In this document: one piece after another, positions 13,467-26,014 of the stretch
Layout: every line of letters begins with the position of its first letter
Numbering within the stretch: position 1 is the stretch's first letter
From: the human T2T-CHM13v2.0 reference genome, Homo sapiens
DNA length: 64,000 nucleotides
Direction: 5' to 3' (one strand)
Assembly: GCF_009914755.1 (NCBI RefSeq)
Contig: NC_060928.1
Notes under the pieces: generated by a model
The model's input: the letters and a program-made list of their open reading frames with translations, nothing else
The model's database searches: none
Told to the model about the DNA's origin: nothing
Position numbers and translations under genes: made by a program

Positions 13467-16235
13467 TATAAGTTTTACTTTGATTAGAAGAGGAAGAATG
13501 AATAGGGCCATCCTATAAATTTGGGGGATAGGAGAAAGAAAATGAGGCACTGATTCTAAGTGGGACAGTCTCATGATTGACTTTATCATAAGTGAACAAC
13601 TTTTTGAAAATCTGTTATTTCTTTGCAGATACTGAAATAATGTGAAAATTAAATATTCAACAGCAGTGATTTAACATATCTTATATTTAATTACAAAATA
13701 TCAGGGATCATGCAGAAAATTTATATGTAAATAAAAAGAAACAGAAATTGATACTTGTTTTCATCACAATACTGACCACTTTAACAGTCTATAATGCCTT
13801 TTTATTTACATGAATATTCCTTTTTTAATTATCAGCATGAGCTTGAAAATGCTATGTAGTTGCATGCTATGTACAATTGTAAATTACAGTCATTCTAATA
13901 TGTTTAAAGGTTAGAAGCTAGATATATTAAATATCTTCAGAATCTTGAGTATGAACTATTTAAACATACTTACTAATTTATTAAATATAAATGTCATACT
14001 TCCTTTTTATAATAATTGTTTAAAATTATGACTTTCAAAAGCATTATCTGTCCTGATGCAATTCTAGTAAAATAAACATAAATAAAAATATATTAATAAA
14101 TGTGGACATGTTAACATATAATTGCTGAAAGCTACAGTAGAATAAATGAGTTCAAATTCATTGCTGTCTGACAACTACATTCTTCACATTTAACCTGATA
14201 TAAAGAAAGAACAAATGATATTAACTTTCCATATTTCGGTTTTAGCAATGTACATGAAAAAAAACCTAAGCATAGTTTTTCTATTTATTGTGTTGTTGTG
14301 TTTTTTAAAATAATAATTGTATATGCAGTTATTTTTGGCTATAAATGAAATAATCCAAAATGTTTTTATAGACTCTTATTTATTTCAAAGTATTTTCTTA
14401 CTGAATAATTGCAATGTAATGACCTGCAATTGCATTAAGCAATTAGAATGAATGGGAAAGAACTGAGTGGAAACAACATGAATCCATTGTCTGTATTGAA
14501 TAGAGACAGGTCAAAAGAGAATTCTTAACTCAAAGCACTTATTTATATTTATATTCCTATATAAAATGTTTATTTCTGAATTTTCTTAGTAAAACTAAAT
14601 GTGAGAGTAGCTTTATACTTAAATATTATCCCCAGATTTCCTGGGAAGATAAATGTTTGTTCTATAGTAATTCCTTACAGGGAGATTATAATATCCCCAC
14701 CCAAGTGACGCTGTTGGTATAATAAGATAGATTGAGGATAAAGTCATGGAGATACCTATGAATCTAGAAATTGAGCCTACTCTCAGAGACCAACTCCAAA
14801 CAACTCTTGATCAGATATAATTTAGTTCTGGTGTATCATTCAGATAGGGTAGGGTGACTGAAAGAGGTCAGAAGAATATTCACTTACATCTTAGTGAAAG
14901 AGTGAGGGAGAAATATTTTAAATTCTATTGTTTTTCATATTTAAAATGGTGAAAAAAATACTACTTTTTAAAACTGTCATGTTGTAAAATATGGTGGATA
15001 TCTTATCCCAGTTTCAGTGCTGATAAAATTTCCTTATTAAATCCTCCACATTCCGTCAGCCCAACATATTAGTTTCACATTTGTTTCTAATGACACAGTG
15101 TCTCCCGGGGTCTTCTATGAATATTTTAGTGTTTAAGCAACCCTTGAATGTTACCCTAAAACCATCTTATTCACCACCTTACGTGGAAATACTTAGAAAT
15201 TATTTTCAGTATATGTTATTATGAACTTTTACATTGCTTGATAAACTTGATAATGGTATTTAGCTACAGAAGTATTGGGTGACTAATATATATAGTACAG
15301 AAGTATTTGGTGTATATATATATACACACATGCGCGTGCATGCATGCACACATCACAGGACTGTACTGATCACATTCAAGTTGTTTACTAGTGTGAAAAA
15401 GTGATATTGTCCTTCTCACATCTTGTTTTTTCTGGAGTCACATAGATATTACAAGACTTAGCAAGTATGTAGTCACTATTTTTGGTTCGTGATCTTCATC
15501 TGTAATATTGGAAATATAATAATTATCATTAGGCTGTATTTTCATTTTTAGTCTTTCTCACAGAAAATACAAGACTGAGTTTACTTGAGTATTCAGGATG
15601 TTTCAGATTATAATGTGAATTTTTTAGTGCTTTAAAAATTCATTAGACATTCTCCAAAGCTCTCATTTTCTATTCTCAAATGTCAAAAGACAACATTAAA
15701 TTCAAGAAACATTTATTGGTGACTATGACTTGGTATGTCTTACAGGGATAAAACATCCTAAATTATGGCATGTTTTACAGGAATGTCGTTACATTCGAAT
15801 TATTATTATTACATGGTGAATAAGCTGTAATCTTCATTCTTATAGACAGTAAATACAAGGGTAAATGTATTTTGACTTTGTTTTATTTTGTCAGATATTA
15901 AAAAATCAATTATTTGCAGAAATATGCTTTTAAATTTATAAAACTTAGTAAAACCTTTCAAACTTCTTTTAAGTTGTGGGCATTTACAAAATAGATTCTT
16001 TTTACTCTGACATGGTCATATGGCATTTTTCTTATCCAGATGGTAATATTAAAGTTATATTTAGTGTAAATTACCATACTTTTATTTTTCATATGTGTCT
16101 TTCATAGTTGGATTTCAAATCTACCAAAATATTCAATAAAATACACAGGGCTAAGTGCTTTTCTTAGCTCTTCCAAATTCTTTAGTTATTACATGCATAG
16201 TAATAACCACCTTGAAGTGGCTCATTCAGTAGAGC

Positions 16236-16334
16236 CAGCTGCTAGGGTCATGTCCTAAATATAGCTTAAACAGCAGGCTCCGATCTGATGAAACCTGACC
16301 GGAAATCATGGAGCAAACAGAAGCTCAGCAGTTG
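16236..16334. promoter_or_regulatory. Candidate skeletal-muscle cis-regulatory module (E-box, MEF2, MEF3/Six, E-box)
   Basis: CAGCTG 16236-16241; CTAAATATAG 16255-16264; GAAACCTGA 16290-16298; CAGTTG 16329-16334; all in repeat-free DNA. Motif evidence only. Confidence 0.5.
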
Positions 16335-16901
16335 CTCATATTTAAGATTCAGCAGGCACACAAAGCTGAAAGTACCTCTTCTGCTTTGACATTATCTATA
16401 GGTCCAATCCTCAATATGCTGATTCTATCATAATACAGAAAATTGGTTAATTCCCTCTGGAAATTAACAATAAGAAAGTCTCTCTTTGAATTGCTCTTGC
16501 TTCTTCTTTTGATTGGTTGATGCTATCTTTCCTTTACCTGAGGATAAAAGAAACATTTTAAAAGAAGTGTATCCATTTATAAAACAGCTGCACATTTTCT
16601 GTATGTTTTCAATGACATCTCATAACATGAGAACTGATATGTGCAAAAATAAGTGAGGTAGGTATACTCCGTATATAATCAGAATATTCTTAAAGAATGT
16701 ATGATTTTATGAAGATTTTTGAGTAGTTCTTCTAGGCATTGCTTTTTAAATAATACGTAGTGTTTGGCGTTTTGACTCAAAGACATGTTTAAGAGCAGGA
16801 CACGGACTTCCAAATGTTCTGAACAATTATCTCCTGTTCTCAGATATATTGATTCATCCCTCTTTACAAACACAGACACACACATCTGCTATAACACACA
16901 C

Positions 16902-17035
16902 TCTAATACTACTCTATCAGAGTGGCAATTGCTTGAGGGTGACTAGAGGCAACTGTGAGATTTTGGAAAAAATTCTGTCCACATGTTTCTTAAACTCAAC
17001 TCAGTGATACTTCATTGTCAGAAACTGTAATTTCT
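16902..17035 (+). repeat. 134-bp dispersed direct repeat, copy 1 (probable donor)
   Basis: Identical to 18773-18906 by direct comparison. Confidence 0.95.
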
Positions 17036-17744
17036 AGCACATTCACACACGTTCTAGAATATCCTGTTAGTGTGAAATATTAGTTAAAATATGGTGTAAT
17101 AAAGGCAACCACTCATATGAAAATCCATTATGTAAGAACATACAGAGGTCTTTCTATTCTGATAATTCTGAAGATGACAATTTTGAAATTCACGGGTTGC
17201 TGAGTGTACCCTACACTGACTACTTCCTCCAGCTTTTGCAAATGAGTTCAAATGACATCTGTTAAATATGTCACAGTGTATGTAATTAATGAAACATTTC
17301 AAATTGGGATTGAATCAAACTTCTTTTGATGTAAGTGCATTGATAATTATTTCTTTAAAGGAACAATGAAAGAGATGCCTTTGATATAAAATTATTTTGA
17401 AATATGAAGATTTTTTTCTTATTTTTTTCTGTCTTACATCAAAATACATATACATTTCTTATTACTATGTTTGATTAATGCTATTTCATTTGTCTTTAGT
17501 GCCAAATTTAGTTTGTTTGTTTCAAGGAGTGTAAGACTCTATACTTTAGGCTGCCTTGTTCACAATGCCCAACACAGCATCCCCAGCAGCTGATCTCCAT
17601 GTGGATTTAATGAATGCCTTTGATTAAGCTAATATACTTATCTAGTTACTATTTACAGAACATTTAGCAACAGTGACGACTTTTCAATTCTCTAGCATAC
17701 CTTGTGGTTTTATGCAAATTGGAATAAGTACAATAAAAAAACCA

Positions 17745-17919
17745 TTTGTTTGTTTGTTTTTTGAGATGGAGTCTTGCTCTGTTGCCCAGGCTGTAGTGCA
17801 GTGGCACAGTCTTTGCTTACTGCCACCTCTGCCTCCCAGGTTCAAGCGACTCTCCTGCCTCAGCCTCCCGAGTGCTGGAATTACAGGTAACTGCTAGCAC
17901 GCCTGGCTAATTTTTGTAT
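17745..17919 (-). mobile_element. 5'-truncated Alu (right arm only)
   Basis: Tail plus right monomer ending at the middle A-rich linker 'ggctaatttttgta'. Confidence 0.9.
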
Positions 17920-18434
17920 AAAAAACTGTTTTGATCTTAATCTTTATGATTTGGCTGCCTCCACGGATTCTGGAAGCCATTTCTTGGACTTGGATGTCAC
18001 CTAAAGTTGATATTAGATGTGTTTACATAGTTTTGGACTCAATTCAATTCTTGGTGAACAATTTTTCTTCCTTTATTCTCACTGGTATTCAATTAGAAAC
18101 TCATGACCATAGGGTAGAGAAAATAAAATTTCTTTCAATGGCTTGAACATAAATTTTAGCTATTGTCACCACTGCAAGTAGTTGTACTTGGTTCATTAGA
18201 CAGTGTTCACTAAGGTTAGCTTTACTTTTGCCTAGTAAATAATGGGTTCCTAGTGAACCTGTTTCAGTGGTTTAGTAAAACTTTAATTCTCTGCTTCCAC
18301 TAATCAAATTATTACATTTCACTTTCATAATAATGGTGGTATTAAGTGGGGTCTAGAATGTGCTATTGCTACTTCAATAAATCATCATTCAGATATAATA
18401 GAGGTAAATTTTCAAAATAATAGATATTACTACT

Positions 18435-18670
18435 ACTGTAATAATAGTTATTATGCATTAAATATTTGCTCTGAAACTTACCCACAGTATTCTAGTTAAG
18501 GTAATCCTTTTATTTATCTATGAGGTAGAAACTTTTGTCCAAATTTTTTAGATGAAACCACAGATTTAAAAGTTTGAGTAACGTGACAAATCTCATTGAA
18601 TGAGGAAGTAACAGAGCTGGTGTTTAAGTCCAGGTTGGGAGAAATCCAAATGTTATTTTCTTAGCCCCTA
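18435..18670 (-). mobile_element. MIR
   Basis: 'ctatgaggtag...tttttagatgaaacc...agtaacagagctgg'. Confidence 0.55.
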
Positions 18671-18772
18671 TATTTTACCCTGTGTTTGAACATAGACAAA
18701 AGTTTGAATAGAAGAAAATTTTACACATCTGGTAGTTATGTTTCAAAATGCGGTTTCAGGGAGCAATCATTA

Positions 18773-18906
18773 TCTAATACTACTCTATCAGAGTGGCAAT
18801 TGCTTGAGGGTGACTAGAGGCAACTGTGAGATTTTGGAAAAAATTCTGTCCACATGTTTCTTAAACTCAACTCAGTGATACTTCATTGTCAGAAACTGTA
18901 ATTTCT
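18773..18906 (+). repeat. 134-bp dispersed direct repeat, copy 2 (probable insertion)
   Basis: Identical to 16902-17035; bracketed by 'tatctaat' at 18771-18778 and 18910-18917. Confidence 0.95.
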
Positions 18907-21900
18907 GGCTATCTAATTGGTATTCTTCAAATAACTGATGTAGATTGGGGATTGTAGAGACAGAAGTTAGAGAGAGGATATGGAAATCTTCCAGTCTGCT
19001 TGAGATGACACTTACCTTAAGCGATGTATCCCTTCCTCTAATAATTCAACATTAATATGGATTCTTAACTAAAGTTTGAAAAATTAAACAATTGTGCATA
19101 GAAGCGTGGCATGTAATTACAATCTTTTCAATATCAGAATCAATTCCAAGCAACGCATCTAGGTTTTATTCAATACTTTTTCATAAAAGTTCCCATATAC
19201 ATGCCCCAAGTAATGTGAGGACTAGCTTCTGATCTTGTTAAAAAGTATTATTCATACGCAAAATATAGATGATTTAAAATTTATGCCTTCTACATGAAAT
19301 GGTTGAGAATTGCATTTTTTCCACAAATAATGCTCCAAACCTTCCCACTAACATGTAAAAAATTATTTTTGGAAAATAAAAATAATGCAAGCAAATCTAA
19401 AGTTTTTATATTATTCATGAGTTTCCTTAACTTTCTATTCCCACTGCACCCTTTCCCAGGGATATAAAACTCTACTGTTTCTTTTGTCCAACATAAACAT
19501 TTTCTCCCCATTGTCATCTGAATCCTATCAAGAAGACACAATTTTTAAAGTGGGAATTTAAATTATAGCTAAAAGGAAATGAGACAAGATAAATAAAGAT
19601 GGTGAAATGTGGATCCTTTAGAAAATAAAACATTTCCTGGATGAATAAGGTCAATGGATAAAATTTCTAGAATATAAAAAAGTAAGAACTGTGAGTTTGA
19701 AAGCCAACCAATATCCCCTAACAGGGATAAAATGGAATTATTGGCCATAACATGTTGGAACTTGATTCATAGCTTGACTATCTGATTCTGTAGCCTATCC
19801 TCTTGACAGCTATCTGGCTACCAATGCTTATTTTCTGTATCACATCAACTTTTCTTTATCAGCTGAAGATTCGCTTTCTTTTTCTATGTCCTTGATTGAT
19901 ATTTTCAAATAGATTTCCTCATATTTAATGCAATTATCTTGCTCAAAATAACCCAACTGCTGTATTGCTCCAAATACTGTTATGTTTTACTCTTGATTTA
20001 TATTCTACCTGCTTTTCTATATCTGGGTTATAATGAACACCTTTGGCCCAAATGTTACGCTTCTGGATATAGTTTTGTCCTTCATTTTCATGCTTTATAT
20101 AACCAGCCGAGTACAATTGTTGTCTTGTTTCCTCAGCACTATTAAGTCTGTGATGGCCAGCCTCTGCTTCTTCAATAGGGCAGAAGAGTAGAAACCTACC
20201 CTGAAATTATTACCAAATTACACTTCCACCACAAAAATATGACTGAATTACATTCTCATTAGACTTTGTTGTACCACAATCTTACTGGATTTGAATGATG
20301 CCAATTTTTAATGTTCTTCTAATTTCTAATTTGAAATGTATCATTTGTTATGTTAATTCAAATTTCTTTGATTGCTAAGGAGATTGAACTAGTGAGTGGT
20401 TATTTGCCATTTATGGATTAAAATTTTTATACATATTTGCCTATTTAACTGTTGGGGTTGTCATGTTCTAGTAGTGCTTTAGAATGTTTTAATGTTAGAA
20501 ATATAATTTTGTTTTAAATTTGATACGGTACATTTATTAAATTAACACTGTAAATAGTCTTCAAAAAACAACAAAAAAATTAAGAAATTCAGTGTTGTTT
20601 ATAGTTAAAATTCTACAAGTTTCAACAGCAATTCAGCTAAATTTCCAAGGCCAAAGTTAAGAGCTTAAGAAAATGTTATGAAGTATGATGTTTTAGTATA
20701 TAGATAGATATGTTGTAGAACAACAGTGTTTGTGGTCATGATTAAATGATGGTAAAAATGCAAGACTGTGAGTTATTGACCTTTAATTAGCATTAGATAT
20801 TTGACAATTCCCTTTCTTTCATGCTTTCTTTCAGGCTAAGGCTCATCTCGTAGAAAGAGCTTGCAAATATTCCATCCTCCTTAAGTTTTTGAAGACTTAC
20901 AGGAGGATTGGTGTTACTTCTTTCTTAAATGTTTGATAAAATCCTCCAGTGAGTCTACCTTCTCCTGAACTTTTTGAGGAGGTGTGGGGACAATTAGAGC
21001 ACTCATTCAAATGCCTTACTAGTGCAGATTTTCTCTTTCTTCAGAATTCAGTCTTAATAAGATTTATATTTCTAGGCTTTTATTTCTTATGGGTTATCCA
21101 GTTTATTGGCATATAATTGTTCATAGTATTCTCTTACAATCCATTTTATATCTGTGGCATTAATTGTAATATCCCTTTGGTTCTGCTTTAGTTAATCTAG
21201 CTAAGGGCTTGACAATTTTGTCAATCTTTTCCGAAAAAGAACTCTTAATGTCTTTGTTCTTTTCTATTGCTTTCCTATTTTCTACTTCATTTGTCGCTGC
21301 ACAAATCTTTATTATTACCTTCCTTCTGTAGGCTTTGGGTCTAGTTTGTTCTTTTTCTGATTTATTGAGTATAAAGTTATGTTTTGATATTAAGTCTGGG
21401 ACTGCCCAGATATTTCTATTTTTAATATGCATATTTATAGCTATAAACCCTCATCTTACCACTGCTTTCACTGCATTCCAAGTTTTGATATGTTGTGTTT
21501 TTATTTTTCTGTTTGCATCAAGGCATTTTCTAATTTCTCTTGTGACTTCTTTGACCCATTGACTATGTAAGACTGTGTTGTTTTATTTCTACATATTTAT
21601 GGATTTTCCAGTTGTCCTTCTGCTATGAATTTCTAGTTTCATTTTATTTTGATAACACTAGATATTTTGTGTGATTTCAACCTTCTTGTATTTGTAAAGA
21701 TTTTTTTTGTGGCCTAAATGTGGTCTATCCTAGAAAATGCTCCCTGCATACTTTAGAAAAATGTGTAACCTGCTGTTGGTGGGTGGAAGGTTCTGGATAT
21801 GGATGCTAGGTCGAATTAATCTATAGTATTGTTCAAGCCTTCTATTTACTAATTGATCTTCTGTCTGATTGTTCTATCCATTATTTAAAGTGGAGTATTA

Positions 21901-22160
21901 AAGTATCCTTCTATTATTGTGCTGCTGTCCATTTCTCCCTTTAATTCTGTTTGCTTTATTTATTTAGGAGTTTTAAGGTTTGGGGCATACATATTTATAT
22001 TTGTTATATCTTCTTGGCAAATTGACTGGTTTATTATTATATAATGTCTTTATTTATTTTAATTTAACTTAGGTCCAATTTTATCTGCTATTAGTATAGC
22101 TGTCCCTGCTCTCTTTTGGTTAACATTTTTGTAGAACATCTTTTTCTATCCTTTCACTTT

Positions 22161-23119
22161 CTTTTTTTTTTTTTTTGGACACAAAGGAAAACTTTTTTCA
22201 ACAAATTAGTTTTTTTTTGCCTCCTAGGCAAATGGCTTCTGTGAAAACACTTGGATGAAAAGCAATACACCATTTGTTTTTACTTATTAATCACTATCAT
22301 TAGGTTTTGATGCAAATGGGAATTTACAATAAAATGAAACAAATAAGATCAGGGATTATATACAATACTGTGATCAAGTGATTTGTGATTCAGGCAACGT
22401 ACTACTTGAAACACATATCTGGATTTCTCATTGCAATTGCTGCAGATGCTGTTTGAGGAAGCAAAGAATACAGAAAGAAAAATAATTAGGTTCATTAGGC
22501 TAAGACTAATACAAATAATATAAATAACAAATACATAATGTACTGCATTGCAAGTAAACAATGTTTTTAGTATAAAAATTGCATTTCCACAAAGAAGCTA
22601 ATAACAAATATGATTAAACTACTTCAGAAACACGTCAAAGTTGTATGAGTCACACATATACAGTGTCACAGTCTACATAAAGCTTTACTGAGAATAAGCC
22701 ATCTGAAGGCCATGTCCCGGACTGAAGCAATCAAAGGGCTTTTCAACTGAATCTCTTGCTTCAGGAAAGCTGTTTAAAAAGCTGCCCCATCAGGTTCAGC
22801 AGGCTTGATGACTCCAATTTTGACTTTTTAAGACAAGCTAAAATCTACTCCAGAGAATCAAAATGTAGGACTGAGGTAAAGAGATATTACACAAGAAGGA
22901 ACTTTTCTGATGGCATAAGAGATCTGAATGAATTCTTTCGAAAATGTTGGTACATTTGACAGGATGGGTCAACCACATATTTATAATACTGACAGAAATA
23001 ACACTGCAACACCAAGATGAAGGACACAGATAGCCTATTGATATGAGCAAGAGAACCAGCCTCCCTCTTGTTTCTCTCACTTTATACTAAAAATTTTGTG
23101 CTGAAATCTCAGGTTTACC
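22161..23119 (-). pseudogene. 5'-truncated retrocopy of a non-repeat, 3'UTR-like RNA (parent not identified)
   Basis: T15 at 22162-22176; TSD 'ctatcctttcacttt' at 22146-22160 and 23120-23134; host L1 continuous across the site. Confidence 0.85.
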
Positions 23120-23345
23120 CTATCCTTTCACTTTTAGCCTGGGTATGTCCTCAGATCTAAAATGAGTCTCTTTATATATGTCTCTTAACATAAATTCAAA
23201 TCCTGTTTTCTTTCTAAAAAAATTCAGCCACCCATGCCTTTTGATTGTATTGTTTAATTACTGATAGTGAACTTACCATTTTCATTTTGTTCATTGTTTT
23301 CTCTTAGTCTTGTAATAGTTTGTTCTTCTTTTCCTTTTTACTGCC

Positions 23346-23704
23346 TAATATGGTTTGGCTGTGTCCCCATCCAAACCTCATCTTGAATTGTACCTCCCAT
23401 AATTCCCATGTGTAATGGGACGGATCCAGTGGGAGGTAACTAAATCATGGGGGTGGGTCTTTCCCATGATGTTATGATAATAAATAAGTCTCATGAGATC
23501 TGATGGTTTTATAAAGGGGCATTCCCCTGCACACATTATCTTTCCTACAACCATGTAAGATGTGACTTTGCTCCTCATTTACCTTCTGCCATGATTGTGA
23601 GGCCTCCCCCATCATGGAACTGTGAGTCAATTAAATTTCTTTCCTTTAGAAATTACCCAGTCTCTGGTATGTCTTTATTAGCAGCATGAGGACAGACTAA
23701 TGCA
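23346..23704 (+). mobile_element. THE1 (B/C/D) MaLR solo LTR
   Basis: 'atatggtttggctgtgtcccca...cagactaatgca'; 5-bp TSD ctgcc/ttgcc. Confidence 0.93.
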
Positions 23705-24734
23705 TTGCCTTTCTTTATGTGTTGTTGATGTTTTGTAGTGATAAGCTTTCTGTAGATATATTCTTTGTGGTTATCATTGCAATTGCATAAAATAGCTTAA
23801 CTTTATAGCATTCTATTTTAAACTTATAACAACTTAACTTTAATTGCATACAAAATCTCTACACTTTTACATAGCCATTCCCGCCACATCATGTTACTAA
23901 TGTCCCAAATGATGTTTTTGTATATTACATTTATCAACTTGGATTTATAGTTTAAAATATTTTGTTGTTTAAATTATATGAATCAAAATTATAAGAATTC
24001 AGATTATTATATTTGTCTGTAATTTATCTTTACTTGAGAGCTATAAGTTTTCATTAGGTTTCATGTTGCTATCTAACATCCTTTTTTCAACTTAAAAGAA
24101 TACCTTTATCATGTATTTCAGAGCAGATCTAGTGTTAATGGACTCCCTCAACTTTTGTTTATCTGAGAAAGTTCTAATTTTTCCCTCAATTTTGAAAACC
24201 AGTTTTGTCAGATACAGTATTCTTGGTTTACATTTTTTTCCCTTTAAGCACTTTGAATATATCATCCCAATGTATCCTGGACTGCAAGTTTTCTGCTGAG
24301 AAATCTGCTGATAATCTTATGAAATCTTTATTGTATGTGATGAATCACTGTGCCCTTGCTGCTTTCAAGATTGTCTTTTTGTTTTTGAGTTAGTTTGATC
24401 ATAATGTGTTTTGTGTGTAGGCTATGTCATGTAGAAAGAGGAGCACAGACTGTGTGAAAAAAGCATCTAATTTTTATACTTTCTTGCTGGAATGCTTTCT
24501 TGGTTTTACAATGGCCTTGGTGCAGTAGCTTCTCAGTTGGTCTCTAGAGTTTTCACGGAGGTATTCTTGTTGGCGTATCGTTGTTAACTCCATTTGCTTG
24601 TGAAGAAAAAAGGCCTGAATTTTCCTTATTCTCCATCTTGCTGATGTCATCTCTTTAATACAAATTTCAGTAAAATGGTTATACTGAAAATATTAACACT
24701 TGTATGAAAGCTTATTGAATTTTTACATATTGTT

Positions 24735-25008
24735 TATTGATTATTGGTTGATTGATATATCACAGTGGTATATATTTTGGGGTACATGTGATATTTTGAT
24801 ACATGTATACAATGTGTAATGATCACATTAGAGTAATTGGAATATCTATCACCTCAAACATTTATCTTTTCTTTGTGTTAGAAACATTACAAGTTTTATC
24901 TTTTAGCTATTTTGAAATATACAATAAATTATTAACTGTAATTTTCCTATTGCACTGTTGAATACTAGATCTTGTTCCTTCTATCGAGCTGTATTTTTGT
25001 ACCCATTA
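24735..25008 (-). mobile_element. L1MA 3' end
   Basis: 'ggggtacatgtgatattttgatacatgtatacaatgtgtaatgatca'. Confidence 0.85.
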
Positions 25009-25529
25009 ATACTGTTCTTTGTCTTTAAGTTTTGTTTAGAATTTTTGCAATATACAGACACTTAATTTTTATTATAATTGCATATATCAATAATTTCTGT
25101 ACAATGTTTCATTGCTTTAAGATTAAATACAACTCCTCATTCCAATGATTATTTTATATAACCACCACATTTTTTCTTTAATTTTTTTATATCTGTCATT
25201 CCATTATTTCATTTGTGATGTTGTATAGCTAATAATTTGAGTTGAAGATCAAATCAATTTTGTTCAAATAGAAGCAGATTCAATGTAATCTGTAATATTC
25301 TCTTTATTATAAGGATAAAGTTTAATAATATTAGAATCTGTTACTGAAAGCTTATAATAATTCATTTGCCTTACTCCTGTGTATTTTGCTTATCATAGCT
25401 TATAGTTTATTGATATGTTTAATAACTAATATGCTAATAACTAAGCATAAAATCCTCTTTGCAGTTTACCTTTTAAATTTTTCTAGGCCATTATTAAATG
25501 CAATCCTACATCAAAGATTGATAATCTAT

Positions 25530-26014
25530 CACTGTGAGTTCAAACTCTCTGAGAAATAGATACCAAGATGGAATTAAGAACACAAAAGATTTAGTTGGGG
25601 ACATGCCTGTAAATGATAAAGACAGAGTGAACAGAAGTAGGTAGAGAAAATCTTCAGACTGCAATGCAGATCTGACGCTTGTGATATAAGACAGGTTGGA
25701 GGAAAAATTGGGTAGAAAGAACCTCAGGTTGCGACGCAGCTCTGAGAAAGTCTTGGCCAAGCTTGTGGGGATGGGGACCTTCAGAACAAAGATTGCTCAC
25801 TAGAAGAGGCCTGCACTGGGCCTAAATGACAGGCTGTGATACTGTTTCAGTGCTCAGACTTTGGCTGGAAGCAATCCAGGCAATAGGTGACTTCAGAGTA
25901 AACATCAGTGAATTCTGAATTGGCAGTGACTGGAGATGATCAGCTAACTACACTTCTCACAGCAGTTTCCCTCTCGAAGAAAGATATGAGTTATGCATGT
26001 CAATGGCTGCAACA
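25530..26014 (-). mobile_element. LTR16A-like ERVL solo LTR
   Basis: 'gcagctctgagaaagtcttggccaa', 'tcagctaactacact', ends 'atggctgcaaca'. Confidence 0.75.

Larger units (their letters stand above)
20830..24655 (-). mobile_element. Old L1M LINE (5' half of ORF2, ORF1 and 5' end), hosting a retrocopy and a THE1 LTR
   Basis: Antisense ORF2 (21160..21432 ORF '...FSEKIDKIVKPLARLTK'); L1M 5' end 'ttattctccatcttgctgatgtca' near 24650. Confidence 0.85.

Noticed and set aside
14670-14870. Possible exon after the acceptor-like 'ttccttacag'
   Set aside because: All three frames hit stops within ~45 nt; no support for a coding exon
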